Source: an uncultured Verrucomicrobiota bacterium (GTDB taxonomy: Bacteria; Verrucomicrobiota; Kiritimatiellia; CAIKKV01; CAITUY01). From it: a DNA stretch of 28,131 nt. The notes beneath the pieces were generated by a model. That model did not search any database. It had not been told where the DNA came from and saw only the letters and a list, made by a program, of their open reading frames with translations. Position numbers and translations under genes: made by a program. Below, piece after piece: positions 8,021-17,391 of the stretch. The stretch covers positions 1 through 28,131 of the forward strand of contig CAZSSA010000026.1 in assembly GCA_964609375.1 (NCBI GenBank). The letters run 5' to 3'. Numbering within the stretch: the stretch's first letter is position 1; each line of letters begins with the position of its first letter.

Positions 8021-8794
8021 CTACGGATAATCCTGGCGGGTGGGGCGGATAACGATGTCGCCGACATGGACGTGGGGCGGGCGGGTGACGATAAAGTGGA
8101 TGGCGTTAGCCACGTCCTGACCTTCCAGTAAGGGGCCGTATTTATCTTTGAAATTCTGGACCATGTCGTCGCTATAGCCTGCCGCCGCTTGAAATCCACT
8201 TAGGACAAAACCAGGTTCCACCAGTGAAACACGGATTCCCTTGGGCCCCATTTCGCGGCGCAGGGCCTCTGCCAGGGCGTGGACGGCGAACTTGGTGGCG
8301 CCATAGACGGCACTGAAGGGGGAGATATGCCGCCCCACGACGGAACCGATGATGACAATATCGGCCGCTGTTTTCGGATAGGCGTGTTGCTGATCCACCA
8401 TTTTCTGTGCGGCTTTTTGCAGCAAGGCGAGGGTGGCGGTGACGTTGGTTTGCAGTACCTCGTTGAGTTGGGAGAGATCGGAGTCCTTGACGGACCCGCC
8501 AAGGCCCCGGCCTGCGTTGGCCACGACGATGTCAGCCGGCTTGCCGAAATGCTCGATGGCCAAGGCAAAGAGTTGTTCCAGAACGGCGTTGTCCGCCGTG
8601 TTGCCGGCGACGCCGCGGAAAGCGGGCCCCAGTTCCTTTTCAAGGGCGGCAAGTTTGGCGGCATTGCGGCCATTGCCGATAACGCCAAAGCCAGAAGAGA
8701 TGAAGGTACGGGCGGTGGCTTCGCCGATGCCGGATGTGGCACCCGTGATGATGGCAATGCGGGAGTAAGGGGTAGTCATAGGGGGTTGATCCAT
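8021..8794 (-). CDS. short-chain dehydrogenase/reductase (SDR) family oxidoreductase
   Basis: Carries the TGATSGIG NAD(P)-binding motif, NAG, and the catalytic Y..K pair (YGATKFAV). It aligns along its length with classical SDRs. The alternative start at 8779 (MTTPYS) forms an ATGA overlap with the vapC stop at 8776-8779, so 8779 may be the true start. Confidence 0.9.
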   Translation of the reverse strand: MDQPPMTTPYSRIAIITGATSGIGEATARTFISSGFGVIGNGRNAAKLAALEKELGPAFRGVAGNTADNAVLEQLFALAIEHFGKPADIVVANAGRGLGGSVKDSDLSQLNEVLQTNVTATLALLQKAAQKMVDQQHAYPKTAADIVIIGSVVGRHISPFSAVYGATKFAVHALAEALRREMGPKGIRVSLVEPGFVLSGFQAAAGYSDDMVQNFKDKYGPLLEGQDVANAIHFIVTRPPHVHVGDIVIRPTRQDYP

Positions 8795-9201
8795 CGTACT
8801 GTGGGGAAACGCGAGAAATCAGAATCCGTGGAGGCGAGTTCGCAACCGTTCTCCACGGCGAGTGATGCAAGATGGGCGTCGGTGACAAGATTGGCGACAG
8901 CTTGCCCCTCGCGAAGCATCTTTTGAAACAGGGTCCAGTGTTTCTCTGTCGGATGAATGATTCTGGTACAGGGCTGGTCAATCCAACTTTGCACACGGGT
9001 GAGTGCTTGATCAAGGGACAGAGGGTGTTCAAAGACGCGTGGGTTGGTGCTGATGCGGATGAAGGCGCTGAGGACCGTCCAGCAGAGACACACGGGTGAA
9101 CTGCCGGATAATTTGGCATCCCACCAGGCGACGGCCTTGGAATGGAGCGGGCTGAGTTGATCTTCTGCGTATAGAAGGATATTGGCGTCCACAAGGATCA
9201 T
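8776..9201 (-). CDS. vapC: PIN-domain ribonuclease toxin VapC
   Basis: 141 aa. MILVDANILLYA...TDAHLASLAVENGCELASTDSDFSRF carries the conserved PIN acidic residues (D5, E, D, D). The start overlaps the upstream antitoxin stop (ATGA at 9198-9201). Confidence 0.85.
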   Translation of the reverse strand: MILVDANILLYAEDQLSPLHSKAVAWWDAKLSGSSPVCLCWTVLSAFIRISTNPRVFEHPLSLDQALTRVQSWIDQPCTRIIHPTEKHWTLFQKMLREGQAVANLVTDAHLASLAVENGCELASTDSDFSRFPTVRWINPL

Positions 9202-9443
9202 GGCTGGTTCTCTCCTTCAACTTGCGCGATCAATTCCTGGATATTGTCGAGATTCCGTCCGGCTTTCAGGCCAAGTTTACGGGGTTGGGTGTGATAGGGG
9301 CGGGTTATGGCGGGTGCCTCAACCGACTGCAATCCTGCCCGAAGTGCTTCATTGACCACTAAGCGGAACGGGGCGTGAAGTTGCGCGGCGACGGATCTGG
9401 CCCTATCCAAAACATCGTTATCTAAGGTAAGCGTTGTTCTCAT
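9198..9443 (-). CDS. vapB: VapB-family type II antitoxin
   Basis: 81 aa. The N-terminus MRTTLTLDNDVLDRARSVAAQ matches the MRTTLxLDDDLL antitoxin family (RHH/COG4423-like) that pairs with VapC. Its 4-bp overlap with vapC supports the pairing. Confidence 0.7.
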   Translation of the reverse strand: MRTTLTLDNDVLDRARSVAAQLHAPFRLVVNEALRAGLQSVEAPAITRPYHTQPRKLGLKAGRNLDNIQELIAQVEGENQP

Positions 9444-9449
9444 GGTGGC

Positions 9450-9477
9450 ATCATAGCATCATCATAATTGATGTCAA
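9450..9477 (-). promoter_or_regulatory. sigma70-like promoter (TTGACA-16 nt-TATGAT) with an internal inverted repeat, immediately upstream of vapB; predicts a leaderless or near-leaderless transcript
   Basis: Read on the minus strand, the sequence is ccTTGACAtcaattatgatgatgcTATGATgccaccaATG. The -35 is at 9472-9477 and the -10 at 9450-9455. The CATCA..TGATG inverted repeat in the spacer (9462-9475) is a candidate VapB operator. A further 7-bp inverted repeat ATGCGGC/GCCGCAT lies at 9501-9531. Confidence 0.4.
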
Positions 9478-9691
9478 GGCATCAATAATTAACGCAAATT
9501 ATGCGGCGATTAAGAGTGGTAATTGCCGCATGATGGATAGTTAATGAAGCGTAAAATCTTGCTGGTCAATTTGTTAGCGGTGGTGGAGTCCGGGGACCGA
9601 ACAGGGCTTTGATGGAGTCCTTGCTGAGGGCGATGAGCGTGAAGATGCCAAGGATGGTTCCCAGCGGCATGAATATACATTTTTAATGCCA

Positions 9692-11263
9692 CTATTTTTT
9701 CGGCTCTTCTTTTTTCATGTCTGGCTGGAGCTTGCCCAGAAAATCGGGAAGATCCAGTCCCACCTGCTTGGCCAATTCGTGCATCGGGGGCAGGGCGCCC
9801 ATCAGCTTTTTGCCCAGGTTTGACATGCCGCCATTTTCCGACCCGCCGTCCCAGATCACGACCTTCTCGATGGGCAGGTCCTGAATGGCCTGCGCCTGGA
9901 TATGGGCAATCTCCGTCAGGCGTTCGATCAGCAGCAAGGAAGCGGCGACCTGAGGCTCGCCCGCCGACTTGATGAGGTTGCGATACCCTTCCGCCTTGCC
10001 ATCGAGGACCGCCTGCAAGCCTTTACCCTCGGCCACCATCTTGGCCAACGTGGCTTCGGCTTGTCCCTTCGCCCGCAGGACAGACTGCTCGCGCTCGGCG
10101 TCGGCGGCGATAACCACCTTTTTCTTCTCGGCTTCGGCTGGCACGACAATTTCGGCATTGAGGCGTGACTGTTCGCGCAAGGCGCGTGCGTCTTCGGCGA
10201 GCTTCTGCGCCGTTTCCTGAGCCACACGGATGGATCCATCCGCCTCGCGGGAAGCGGTTTCACCCTTGTTGCGGGCCTCTTCTTCCGCCACCTTCTGGGT
10301 TGCCCGGTAGCTGGCCTTCTGGGCGTTGGCGGCGGTTTCCGACTGCACGGCATCGGCTTCCAGTTTCGCGGTCTGTTGACGCTTGTTCTTGTCCGCCGAG
10401 GCTTCGCCGATCTGGGCTTCCGCCATGGCTTGCGACACTTGTTGGCGTTTTTTCCGCTGGGCATCCGCTTCGCCGATTTCGGCCTCGGCGGTAGCGGCGG
10501 CCACGGCAATACGCTGATCGCGCTGGCGTTCGGCCACGCCCATCTGCCCATGCTTTTCCTGTTCGGCCACGTCCACGTTGGCCTGATTGATCGCCTCGGC
10601 GGCCGCCTTGCGGCCGATGGCCTTGATGTAGCCGGATTCATCCTCGATGTCGCGGATGTTGACGTTGATGACCGCCAAACCGATTTTCTCCAGTTCGCCT
10701 GCCACCGATTCATTCACCTTGGACATGAACACCTGGCGGTCGCGATTGATGTCCTCGATGCGCATGGTGGCCAGCACGGCGCGCATCTGGCCGATGATGA
10801 TATCCTGGGCCAATGCCTGGATCTGCTGGGAGCTCAAGCCCAACAGGCGGATGGCGGCATTTTCCATTATTCCCGCCTGGGTCGAGATGGCGGCGGTCAC
10901 CGAGGTGGGCACCGTGACGCGGATATTTTCCTGAGAGAGTGCATTCGACAGGTCGATGGGAACGACAAACGGTTCCAGATCGAGGTAGTCGTATGATTGA
11001 ATCAGCGGCATCACGAAGGCGGCGCCGCCGTGAACGCACTTGGACGCCCCGCTGCTCGTCTTGCCGTAGATCACGAGGATCTTGTTGGACGGACACCGCT
11101 TGTAGCGGCGGACGAACGTCATGAACAACACAAAGACGATAACGGCGAGCAGGATGCCCAGAAAAATAGCAATGGGAGAGACACCGCTTGTGTTCCGCGC
11201 TGCATTGAATTGAGCCAAAAAGAGTCCATTCATGATCGTATTCATACCGCTGATTCCTTTCAC
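9692..11263 (-). CDS. flotillin-like SPFH/band-7 domain protein (YqiK/FloT-like)
   Basis: 523 aa. It has an N-terminal TM helix, an SPFH domain (VVPIDLSNALSQENIRVTVPTSVTAAIS...), a long Ala/Glu/Gln-rich coiled-coil flotillin repeat region, and the C-terminal flotillin tail. It is paired with an upstream NfeD-like gene, as in yqiJK. Confidence 0.9.
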   Translation of the reverse strand: MKGISGMNTIMNGLFLAQFNAARNTSGVSPIAIFLGILLAVIVFVLFMTFVRRYKRCPSNKILVIYGKTSSGASKCVHGGAAFVMPLIQSYDYLDLEPFVVPIDLSNALSQENIRVTVPTSVTAAISTQAGIMENAAIRLLGLSSQQIQALAQDIIIGQMRAVLATMRIEDINRDRQVFMSKVNESVAGELEKIGLAVINVNIRDIEDESGYIKAIGRKAAAEAINQANVDVAEQEKHGQMGVAERQRDQRIAVAAATAEAEIGEADAQRKKRQQVSQAMAEAQIGEASADKNKRQQTAKLEADAVQSETAANAQKASYRATQKVAEEEARNKGETASREADGSIRVAQETAQKLAEDARALREQSRLNAEIVVPAEAEKKKVVIAADAEREQSVLRAKGQAEATLAKMVAEGKGLQAVLDGKAEGYRNLIKSAGEPQVAASLLLIERLTEIAHIQAQAIQDLPIEKVVIWDGGSENGGMSNLGKKLMGALPPMHELAKQVGLDLPDFLGKLQPDMKKEEPKK

Positions 11264-11274
11264 ACTGCCGATGT

Positions 11275-11877
11275 CTATTCCACTTGCACTTCAACTGAAT
11301 TATCGCCAAAAACGCGGAGCACTTTAACGGGTGTTCCGGCGGCAATGGCTTCGCCGTCATTTGCCCGTGCTTTTACCATGGTGATGATCCCGCCGCATAA
11401 CACCCGAATTTCGCCGGTGCCGCCTTTGGGGATGTTCAGGTAGACCGTGGCCGAACTGCCCACGCAGGAGCCGATCCGAAGATTACCGGTCTCGGACATA
11501 CGGCGGAGCAGGTGCATCAGATAAGAGACAATCACCATGGCGACCAAGCCCCATCCCAAGGCGTAAATCAACGCGAGTGTCTGAGGGACGGATCGGCTCA
11601 TGTACAATCCACCAGCCCAGGTGAACAGGGTGAAGAAGGCGAGGATGGAGCGAACGGAGAGAAGCTTGAACGCCTCCACGGAGTCCTGGGCATCATGGGG
11701 AGCATCATGTGCGAGGGTGGATCCGATATGAGTATCGAGTTCGGTGTCTCCGCTGCTGAGCCCTGCCAATGACATGACCAGTTGAATCAGGAAAAAGACG
11801 GTGAAAAATCCTGCCGCCACGAAAAACCATTGATTCACTGGCTGTAACGTTATCCACCATGCCGTTAGTGATTCCAT
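11275..11877 (-). CDS. NfeD-like membrane protein (YqiJ-like) with a C-terminal OB-fold
   Basis: 200 aa. It has multiple N-terminal TM helices and a C-terminal soluble beta domain (GTGEIRVLCGGIITMVKARANDGEAIAAGTPVKVLRVFGDNSVEVQ) typical of NfeD short homologs. It ends 12 bp before the flotillin start. Confidence 0.75.
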   Translation of the reverse strand: MESLTAWWITLQPVNQWFFVAAGFFTVFFLIQLVMSLAGLSSGDTELDTHIGSTLAHDAPHDAQDSVEAFKLLSVRSILAFFTLFTWAGGLYMSRSVPQTLALIYALGWGLVAMVIVSYLMHLLRRMSETGNLRIGSCVGSSATVYLNIPKGGTGEIRVLCGGIITMVKARANDGEAIAAGTPVKVLRVFGDNSVEVQVE

Positions 11878-11956
11878 GACCAGCCTCCTTGCTTGCTGTT
11901 CGGTTGTCGGCGCATGTTGTCACTTCGGCTATTTCAATGCAACAGGAATTGGGTAT

Positions 11957-13156
11957 TTATTCGTTTCGCAAGGCTTCGGCGGGGGCGATGCGGGCGGCGG
12001 TTTTGGCGGGCAGATAACTGAACGCCAATCCGAGAAATAATCCGGCGACGGAGGGCATGAGGAGCACCATGGGACTGGTGGCGACGGGGATTGGAAGTTG
12101 TCCGCCGATGAGCGTAAGAATGATGACAGCGACGACGGTCCCGAGAAGGGTGGCGGAGAGGGTAAGCAGCAGCGATTCCATCAGGAACAGAAGACTGATA
12201 TCGAGCGTGGAAGCGCCCAGGGCGCGGCGGAGCCCGATTTCGGGGATGCGGGTCTGGATGTTGGCGAGCATGAGGCTCCCGAGCGTGATGCCTCCCATGA
12301 ACAGGCACAGCATGACAATGGCGCCGCCGGCAAGCATGATTAATCGGCGCAGGCTCAACAGGCGCGCTACCAGACTTTGGGGCGTTACCCATGAAACCGG
12401 TTCGGCGGTTTGCTCCGGATCGGCAAGCAGGTTGCGGGCGGACCGGAGTGTGGCGTCAAAGGTCCCGGCTTGTCCGCTGCGGATAAAGATGGCGTCGAGC
12501 CGTTCATCGGGAGGAATGGAATCGGATCGCCAGTAAGGCGGGACCGTCCACGGGATGATGATCAGGCGTTCTCCGGGGGCCAGGGCTTTCGATCCTGTTC
12601 CCGACGTGCTGCCTTCGGCGGTGATAATGCCAATGATACGGAAGACGACAGGGCCAAGGGTTATGGTATTGCCGAGGCCGAGGTGGAGTTCCCGGGCGAG
12701 TGTTTCTGAAAGTACCGCCACGGAGGAATGGTTGCGGATATCGGCGGCATCCAGCGGTCGACCGAGGCGGAGGGGCCAGGGGCGAACAGCAAAGCAGTTT
12801 TCATCGGCACCCAGGATGGTGGCGATGTGGCGGGAGGAATCCATTGGATAGGATTCCGAACGAATACCGGCGACGGTTGCGTCGGAAAGCGTTTGGCGCA
12901 GGAGGACGGCATGGCGCCGCGTGAGGGGTGCGGGGGATGGGGTCGTGGCTCCGGATGAGTCTTGAAGGATCGTGAAGACGTTTACCCCCAGCTCGGCGAT
13001 GGCGGTTTCCGTCTGGCGTTGCAACCCGACGACGAGGGATAGGAGCGTGGTGAGTGCCAGCATGCCCATGGCAATACCCGCGAATGGAAGGACGACCCGG
13101 ACAGGGTGGCGCCGGGCGCCTTCGCAGACATCCTGAAGCATGGGACGCCAGCGCAT
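11957..13156 (-). CDS. ABC transporter permease of the FtsX/MacB/DevC family
   Basis: 399 aa. It has an N-terminal TM, a large periplasmic domain, and three C-terminal TMs ending in the FtsX-like signature (...GLAFSYLPAKTAARIAPAEALRNE). Its start overlaps the ATPase stop. Confidence 0.85.
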   Translation of the reverse strand: MRWRPMLQDVCEGARRHPVRVVLPFAGIAMGMLALTTLLSLVVGLQRQTETAIAELGVNVFTILQDSSGATTPSPAPLTRRHAVLLRQTLSDATVAGIRSESYPMDSSRHIATILGADENCFAVRPWPLRLGRPLDAADIRNHSSVAVLSETLARELHLGLGNTITLGPVVFRIIGIITAEGSTSGTGSKALAPGERLIIIPWTVPPYWRSDSIPPDERLDAIFIRSGQAGTFDATLRSARNLLADPEQTAEPVSWVTPQSLVARLLSLRRLIMLAGGAIVMLCLFMGGITLGSLMLANIQTRIPEIGLRRALGASTLDISLLFLMESLLLTLSATLLGTVVAVIILTLIGGQLPIPVATSPMVLLMPSVAGLFLGLAFSYLPAKTAARIAPAEALRNE

Positions 13157-13848
13157 CAGGATGTCCTCCGTTCAGTCAGTGACCCGGCGTGGCATTCGAT
13201 GTGGCGGGTGGTGTGTTCCGCGAGGGCGGGGTTATGGGTGGCCATCATGATGGTGATGCCGGACTGATGGAGCCGCAGGAAATGATCCATGATGGCGGAT
13301 CCCGTGGCGGGATCGAGATTGCCGGTGGGTTCATCCACAAGCAGGAGGTCGGGAGGGAGGGCGATGGCGCGGGCGATGGCGACACGTTGCATTTCGCCGC
13401 CGGAGAGGAGCCGGGCCGGTTGGTCGGCGTGGGGCCCCATGTCCACGTGGGCAAGGGCGAGGCGGGCAAGGCGGAGCACCTCGTCGGGGGGGGTATCCAG
13501 ATAGCGGAACCGGAAGACGACATTTTCGAGAACCGTCCGGTGCGGGAGGAGGCAGAAGCGCTGGAAGACCATTCCGACCCGGCGCTTGCGCAATTCAATC
13601 CGTGCCGGTTCATCGACGGCCTGGACATCGTTGCCGGCAAGCAAGAGGCGGCCGGACGACGGTTGATCGAGCAAGGCGGCGAGGTTGAGGAGGGTGGTCT
13701 TGCCGGAGCCGGAGGGTCCCGTGATGGAGACGAATTCGCCGGCGTGGACGCGGAGGTTTATATTGCGGAGGACGGTCACCGGGCCGCGCGGCGAGGGGAA
13801 CGCCTTGGAGATATTCTCCATATGAAGGATCGGGTCCGGCGGGCTCAT
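13156..13848 (-). CDS. ABC transporter ATP-binding protein (MacB/LolD-like)
   Basis: Carries Walker A (GPSGSGKTT), the ABC signature (LSGGEMQRVAIARA) and Walker B (LLLVDEPTGNLD). Confidence 0.9.
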   Translation of the reverse strand: MSPPDPILHMENISKAFPSPRGPVTVLRNINLRVHAGEFVSITGPSGSGKTTLLNLAALLDQPSSGRLLLAGNDVQAVDEPARIELRKRRVGMVFQRFCLLPHRTVLENVVFRFRYLDTPPDEVLRLARLALAHVDMGPHADQPARLLSGGEMQRVAIARAIALPPDLLLVDEPTGNLDPATGSAIMDHFLRLHQSGITIMMATHNPALAEHTTRHIECHAGSLTERRTS

Positions 13849-15062
13849 GGGAGCAGGATCCGTTCGCCCGGTTTCACGCCGCCAAGGATCTCGAAGGAGG
13901 TTTCGTTGCCGATGCCAAGATCAAGACGGCGGGATTCGGTGCGACGAAACGTGCGTACCTTGCAGGAGGGGATCCCGCTCTCCCATTGCACGGCCTGGCG
14001 TGGCAGCAACACGGCGTTGGTGCGGGTGTGGGATTGGATGTTGATGGCGACGGACATACCGGGGCGGAGCCGGGAATCGGCCTGACCGATGCGGAGGGTG
14101 ACGAGAAAATATTTCTGCCACGACGGATAGCCGGGGCGGGACTGGGCGGTGGCGCTGACGTTTTCCACGGCACCCTGAAGGCGGAGGGAGGGATAAGCCA
14201 GCGGGGTGATGATGGCGGGGGCGGAGGGGGGAACGCGGGCGAGATCGGCTTCGGGGATAAAGGTTTGTGCGATGAACTCCCGGAGATCAGGGAGGCAGAG
14301 GAGGGGCTGGTTGGGGAAGACCGAGTCGCCGACGCGGATGGTGCGGTATTCCGTGCCGACGGGGACGGGCAGGTGAACGGCCAGCCCGGCGGCCGGGGCG
14401 CGGATGACGGCGTTGGAGAGTTGGCGGCAGGCGGCGTCGTATTGCCGCTGGGCGGCGTTACAGGCGGACCGGGCGCGGGCGAGGCGTGCGGGATGCAGAT
14501 GTTCCAGGGTCAGGGTGTGCTGCGATTCCAATTGATCGGCCTTGGCCTTGGAGACGGCGACACGGGACTCCTGTTGTTCCAGTTCGCGGCGGGCAAGGAG
14601 ATGGCGGTCCACAAGTTCCCTGGTATCGGCCAGTGCCTGTTGTTCGGAAACGGCGAGCGCGCGGAGTTCGCCGAGGCGCGCCTCGATATCGGCGCGCTCA
14701 ATCGGGATGTCCGCTTTTTCGAGGGCGTCCAGTTCGGCGCGGGAACGTGCAAGGTCATTGTTGAGTTTGACGAGATCGTTTTCGATATCCGAACTATCGA
14801 ACCGGAGAAGGACGTCGCCTTCGCGCACCTCGGCGCCATTGGGGATGATTTCGACAACGGTGGCCCGGCCCTGGAAGCGGGAGAAAATGGTTTCGGTGCG
14901 GCGTGCGTCCATGGTGCCGGTGCAGGGAGTCCAGACCTCAAGGGTGCCGCGGGTGACGGTGGCCTCACGGGGCCCCGAGGCTGATGCCGACGGGTTGGGT
15001 CGGCATGAGGTTAGCGGCAATGTGAACGCGAGGAGCAGGGTGGTCAGGAGTGCAGGGTTCAT
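13845..15062 (-). CDS. HlyD-family membrane fusion / periplasmic adaptor protein (DevB/MacA-like)
   Basis: 405 aa. It has an N-terminal signal/anchor and a long coiled-coil hairpin (LNNDLARSRAELDALEKADIPIERADIEARLGELRALAVSEQQ...). A C-terminal beta-barrel/MP domain follows. ATGA-type overlaps occur with both neighbouring genes. Confidence 0.85.
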   Translation of the reverse strand: MNPALLTTLLLAFTLPLTSCRPNPSASASGPREATVTRGTLEVWTPCTGTMDARRTETIFSRFQGRATVVEIIPNGAEVREGDVLLRFDSSDIENDLVKLNNDLARSRAELDALEKADIPIERADIEARLGELRALAVSEQQALADTRELVDRHLLARRELEQQESRVAVSKAKADQLESQHTLTLEHLHPARLARARSACNAAQRQYDAACRQLSNAVIRAPAAGLAVHLPVPVGTEYRTIRVGDSVFPNQPLLCLPDLREFIAQTFIPEADLARVPPSAPAIITPLAYPSLRLQGAVENVSATAQSRPGYPSWQKYFLVTLRIGQADSRLRPGMSVAINIQSHTRTNAVLLPRQAVQWESGIPSCKVRTFRRTESRRLDLGIGNETSFEILGGVKPGERILLP

Positions 15063-16504
15063 GGCATTGGTTCCATGGCGTTGGGTTTGAGATCGTTCGG
15101 AGAATCCGTAAGGGTGCCCATGAGCCGGAGCAGGGTATAGCCGGAAACGCAGACGGAGGCGCGGGCGGCGAGGAGAACCGATTCGGCTTCCACGTAGGCG
15201 GTTTCGGCGTCGGTCACGGAAAAGCTATCGCCGCGCCCCATCTCGAAAAGGCGGCGGGCGAGTTCCGAGCGGGCCTCGGCGGCGGCATAATTGCGGCCGG
15301 CGATGGAGAGTTCGCTGCGGGACTGACGGTAGGCGGATACGGCTTGTTGAACTTCGCGGGCGATGGAGAGGGCGCGGATGCCGATGGATTCCCGGGCGGC
15401 CTGGACGTCCACCTCGGAGATGTCGACCAGCGGTTTATTCCGTTTGCGGTTCAGATCGATTTGTCCGGCGAGTCCGACGGTCCAGAGGTTGTGATCCAGG
15501 TCCCTCGAGTCCTTGAAGGTGACGGCTTGCCCGTATTGTTCGTTGCCGGCGACGAGATTGACATCCGGTTGAAGGCGACGGCGGGCCAGTTTGGCGCCGC
15601 GGATGGCCGCGTGATAGTCCTGGATGAGCTGAGCGTAATCGAGGCGGTTGCTCAGGGCGGTCTGGACGGCGATATCCATGGGAGGGACGTCGAGATCCGG
15701 TAGCGGGGAGGGGGAGGGGGAGCAGTCGGTTTCGGGGGGGAGGCCGAGGAGTTCGGCGAGATTACGACGGGTGACGAACAGGGATTCGCGGTGATTTTCC
15801 AGGCGTGTTTCGGCCTGCCCCCGTTGGAGTTCCACACGGAGGGTATCCACGCGGGAGGCGCGGCCCTGTTGTTCCCGGGCACGGGTGAGTTCCAGAAGGC
15901 GGTTGGCGCGGGCGAACATGGCGGCGTCGCACGACACCTGTTTTTCGAGGCGGACGATGGATTCGAACTGGCGGGCGACGTCGACGATGAGGTCGGCCTT
16001 TTGAAGTTCCCAGTGGCGGCGTTCGGCGCGGTGTTGTTCGCCGGCGGCGGTCAGGGGTTCCTCATGGACGAGTCGTCCGAACCGCCGGAAGAGGGGTTGG
16101 CGCACATCCACTTTGACGGCTGAGCGCCAGGGTTCGTCCACGAAGGAGGGATAGCGGAGGACGCTGGCATCGACACCGATTTCGGTGCCCCAGACGAGTT
16201 TGCGTTCGGCGCGCATGCCATAGCGCCATTCGGTGTCGCTGTCGGTGGTGTTCACGGCGCCATGCGGGATGACGCCGGTGGCGAATTCCTCGCGGGCGGC
16301 CTTGACGCCGAGTTCAGTGCGGGTGACCGCAAGGGCGCCGCGGGCGAGTTGGCGATTATGATTGAGGGCGGCGTTAATGGCGGCGTCGAGGGTGAGTGGA
16401 GTTGAATTGGTGGGAGCGGCGGCGGCCAGACAGGTAGAGAGAATAAGTGCGGTGGCGAGGAGGCGGGTGACCCTGTGGATTCTGAATGGTTGTATGGCGG
16501 GCAT
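15059..16504 (-). CDS. TolC-like outer membrane efflux factor
   Basis: Two tandem OEP repeats with the typical LTLDAAINAALNHNRQLA start and coiled-coil helices. The ATG at 16504 is the likely start. It yields the signal peptide MPAIQPFRIHRVTRLLATALILSTCLAAAAP and is preceded by GAGGAA. The track ORF begins at an upstream TTG at 16543. Confidence 0.8.
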   Translation of the reverse strand: MPAIQPFRIHRVTRLLATALILSTCLAAAAPTNSTPLTLDAAINAALNHNRQLARGALAVTRTELGVKAAREEFATGVIPHGAVNTTDSDTEWRYGMRAERKLVWGTEIGVDASVLRYPSFVDEPWRSAVKVDVRQPLFRRFGRLVHEEPLTAAGEQHRAERRHWELQKADLIVDVARQFESIVRLEKQVSCDAAMFARANRLLELTRAREQQGRASRVDTLRVELQRGQAETRLENHRESLFVTRRNLAELLGLPPETDCSPSPSPLPDLDVPPMDIAVQTALSNRLDYAQLIQDYHAAIRGAKLARRRLQPDVNLVAGNEQYGQAVTFKDSRDLDHNLWTVGLAGQIDLNRKRNKPLVDISEVDVQAARESIGIRALSIAREVQQAVSAYRQSRSELSIAGRNYAAAEARSELARRLFEMGRGDSFSVTDAETAYVEAESVLLAARASVCVSGYTLLRLMGTLTDSPNDLKPNAMEPMP

Positions 16505-16564
16505 TTCCTCATGGCGGGTGTTGACCCGCACTCCAACTCTCAAATGACAGATTTCAGGTCCGAT

Positions 16565-17374
16565 TTACTGGACGCCTTCCTTCATGGCCGTGCGGTCGGG
16601 CAGTTCCTTGAAATAGACTTTGTGTTTAAGGTTCAGTTCCCACTGCTTGGCGTACTTGAGAAAGGCGCCGTAGGAGGACATGAGGGCAATGGCGAGACCG
16701 TGGCGGCCATCCATGAAGCCGGCCCGGAGGATATAGCCCTTGATGAAGCGGCAGATGGGGTGCAACAGCATGTCCGTCCAATGGAAGTGTCCGCCCTGGA
16801 CAAAGCGTTGCTGGGCGGTGATGGTGGAGAAGCGGTTCAGGGTGTTGATGTGATCGGCGAGATCGTCATAGGTGTAGTGCCAGATGGGGTTCTTGAGCCG
16901 TTTGACGGGGCCGCGGACGATGACCTTGTCGTGGGGTTCCTGGCCTTCGGTGCGGCCAAGATCCTTGCGGAAGAGACGGAGTTTGATATCGGGGTACCAT
17001 TCGCCGTGGCGGATCCAGCGTCCGAGGTAATAGACCTGGCGGGGGAATTCGAAGCCGGCGTGTTTAATAACGGGGGCGTCGAGTTCGCGGAGAATTTCGT
17101 CGCGCAGGGCAGGGGAGACTTCCTCGTCAGAATCCATGAACAGGAGCCAGGGGTGGGAGGCGAATTCCCGGACGGTGTTGCGCTGGCCGACATAACCCAA
17201 CCACTGGCGCTGGAAGAAGCGGTCGGTGTATTGGCGGCAGAGTTCAGGGGTGCGGTCCGTGCTGAAGCTGTCGAGGACCACGATTTCGTCGCACCATGTA
17301 AGACTGGAGAGACATCGTTCGATTTTGGCTTCCTCGTTGAAGCATAGCACGCAGGCCGAGATTTTATCGCGCAT
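16565..17374 (-). CDS. family 2 glycosyltransferase (lipopolysaccharide-core / KdtX-WaaE-like)
   Basis: Contains ISACVLCFNEEAKIERCLSSL...DEIVVLDSFSTDRT...LFMDSDEEV, the GT2 DxD/DSD signature. The likely start is the ATG at 17374 (MRDKIS). It is preceded by GGAAGGAA and lies 17 bp after the upstream gene. The track ORF extends to 17458. Confidence 0.85.
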   Translation of the reverse strand: MRDKISACVLCFNEEAKIERCLSSLTWCDEIVVLDSFSTDRTPELCRQYTDRFFQRQWLGYVGQRNTVREFASHPWLLFMDSDEEVSPALRDEILRELDAPVIKHAGFEFPRQVYYLGRWIRHGEWYPDIKLRLFRKDLGRTEGQEPHDKVIVRGPVKRLKNPIWHYTYDDLADHINTLNRFSTITAQQRFVQGGHFHWTDMLLHPICRFIKGYILRAGFMDGRHGLAIALMSSYGAFLKYAKQWELNLKHKVYFKELPDRTAMKEGVQ

Positions 17375-17391
17375 GGTGTTCCTTCCGCAGG

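Noticed and set aside
9510-9692. 60-aa minus-strand ORF overlapping the flotillin stop
   Set aside because: It is His/Pro-rich with no signal or family. A different, more plausible, small hydrophobic ORF (9566..9670) in the same region is reported in the findings instead.
9928-10713. 261-aa minus-strand ORF (Arg/Pro/Ser/Trp-rich)
   Set aside because: It is an alternate frame inside the flotillin gene. The composition is typical of out-of-frame translation of GC-rich coiled-coil coding sequence.
13986-14984. 332-aa plus-strand ORF (Gly/Ala/Asp-rich)
   Set aside because: It is antisense to the HlyD-family gene. It has no start-context support and shows the shadow-ORF composition of GC-rich DNA.
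16475-17347. 290-aa plus-strand ORF
   Set aside because: It is antisense to the GT2 glycosyltransferase, which has clear family motifs. It is a shadow ORF.
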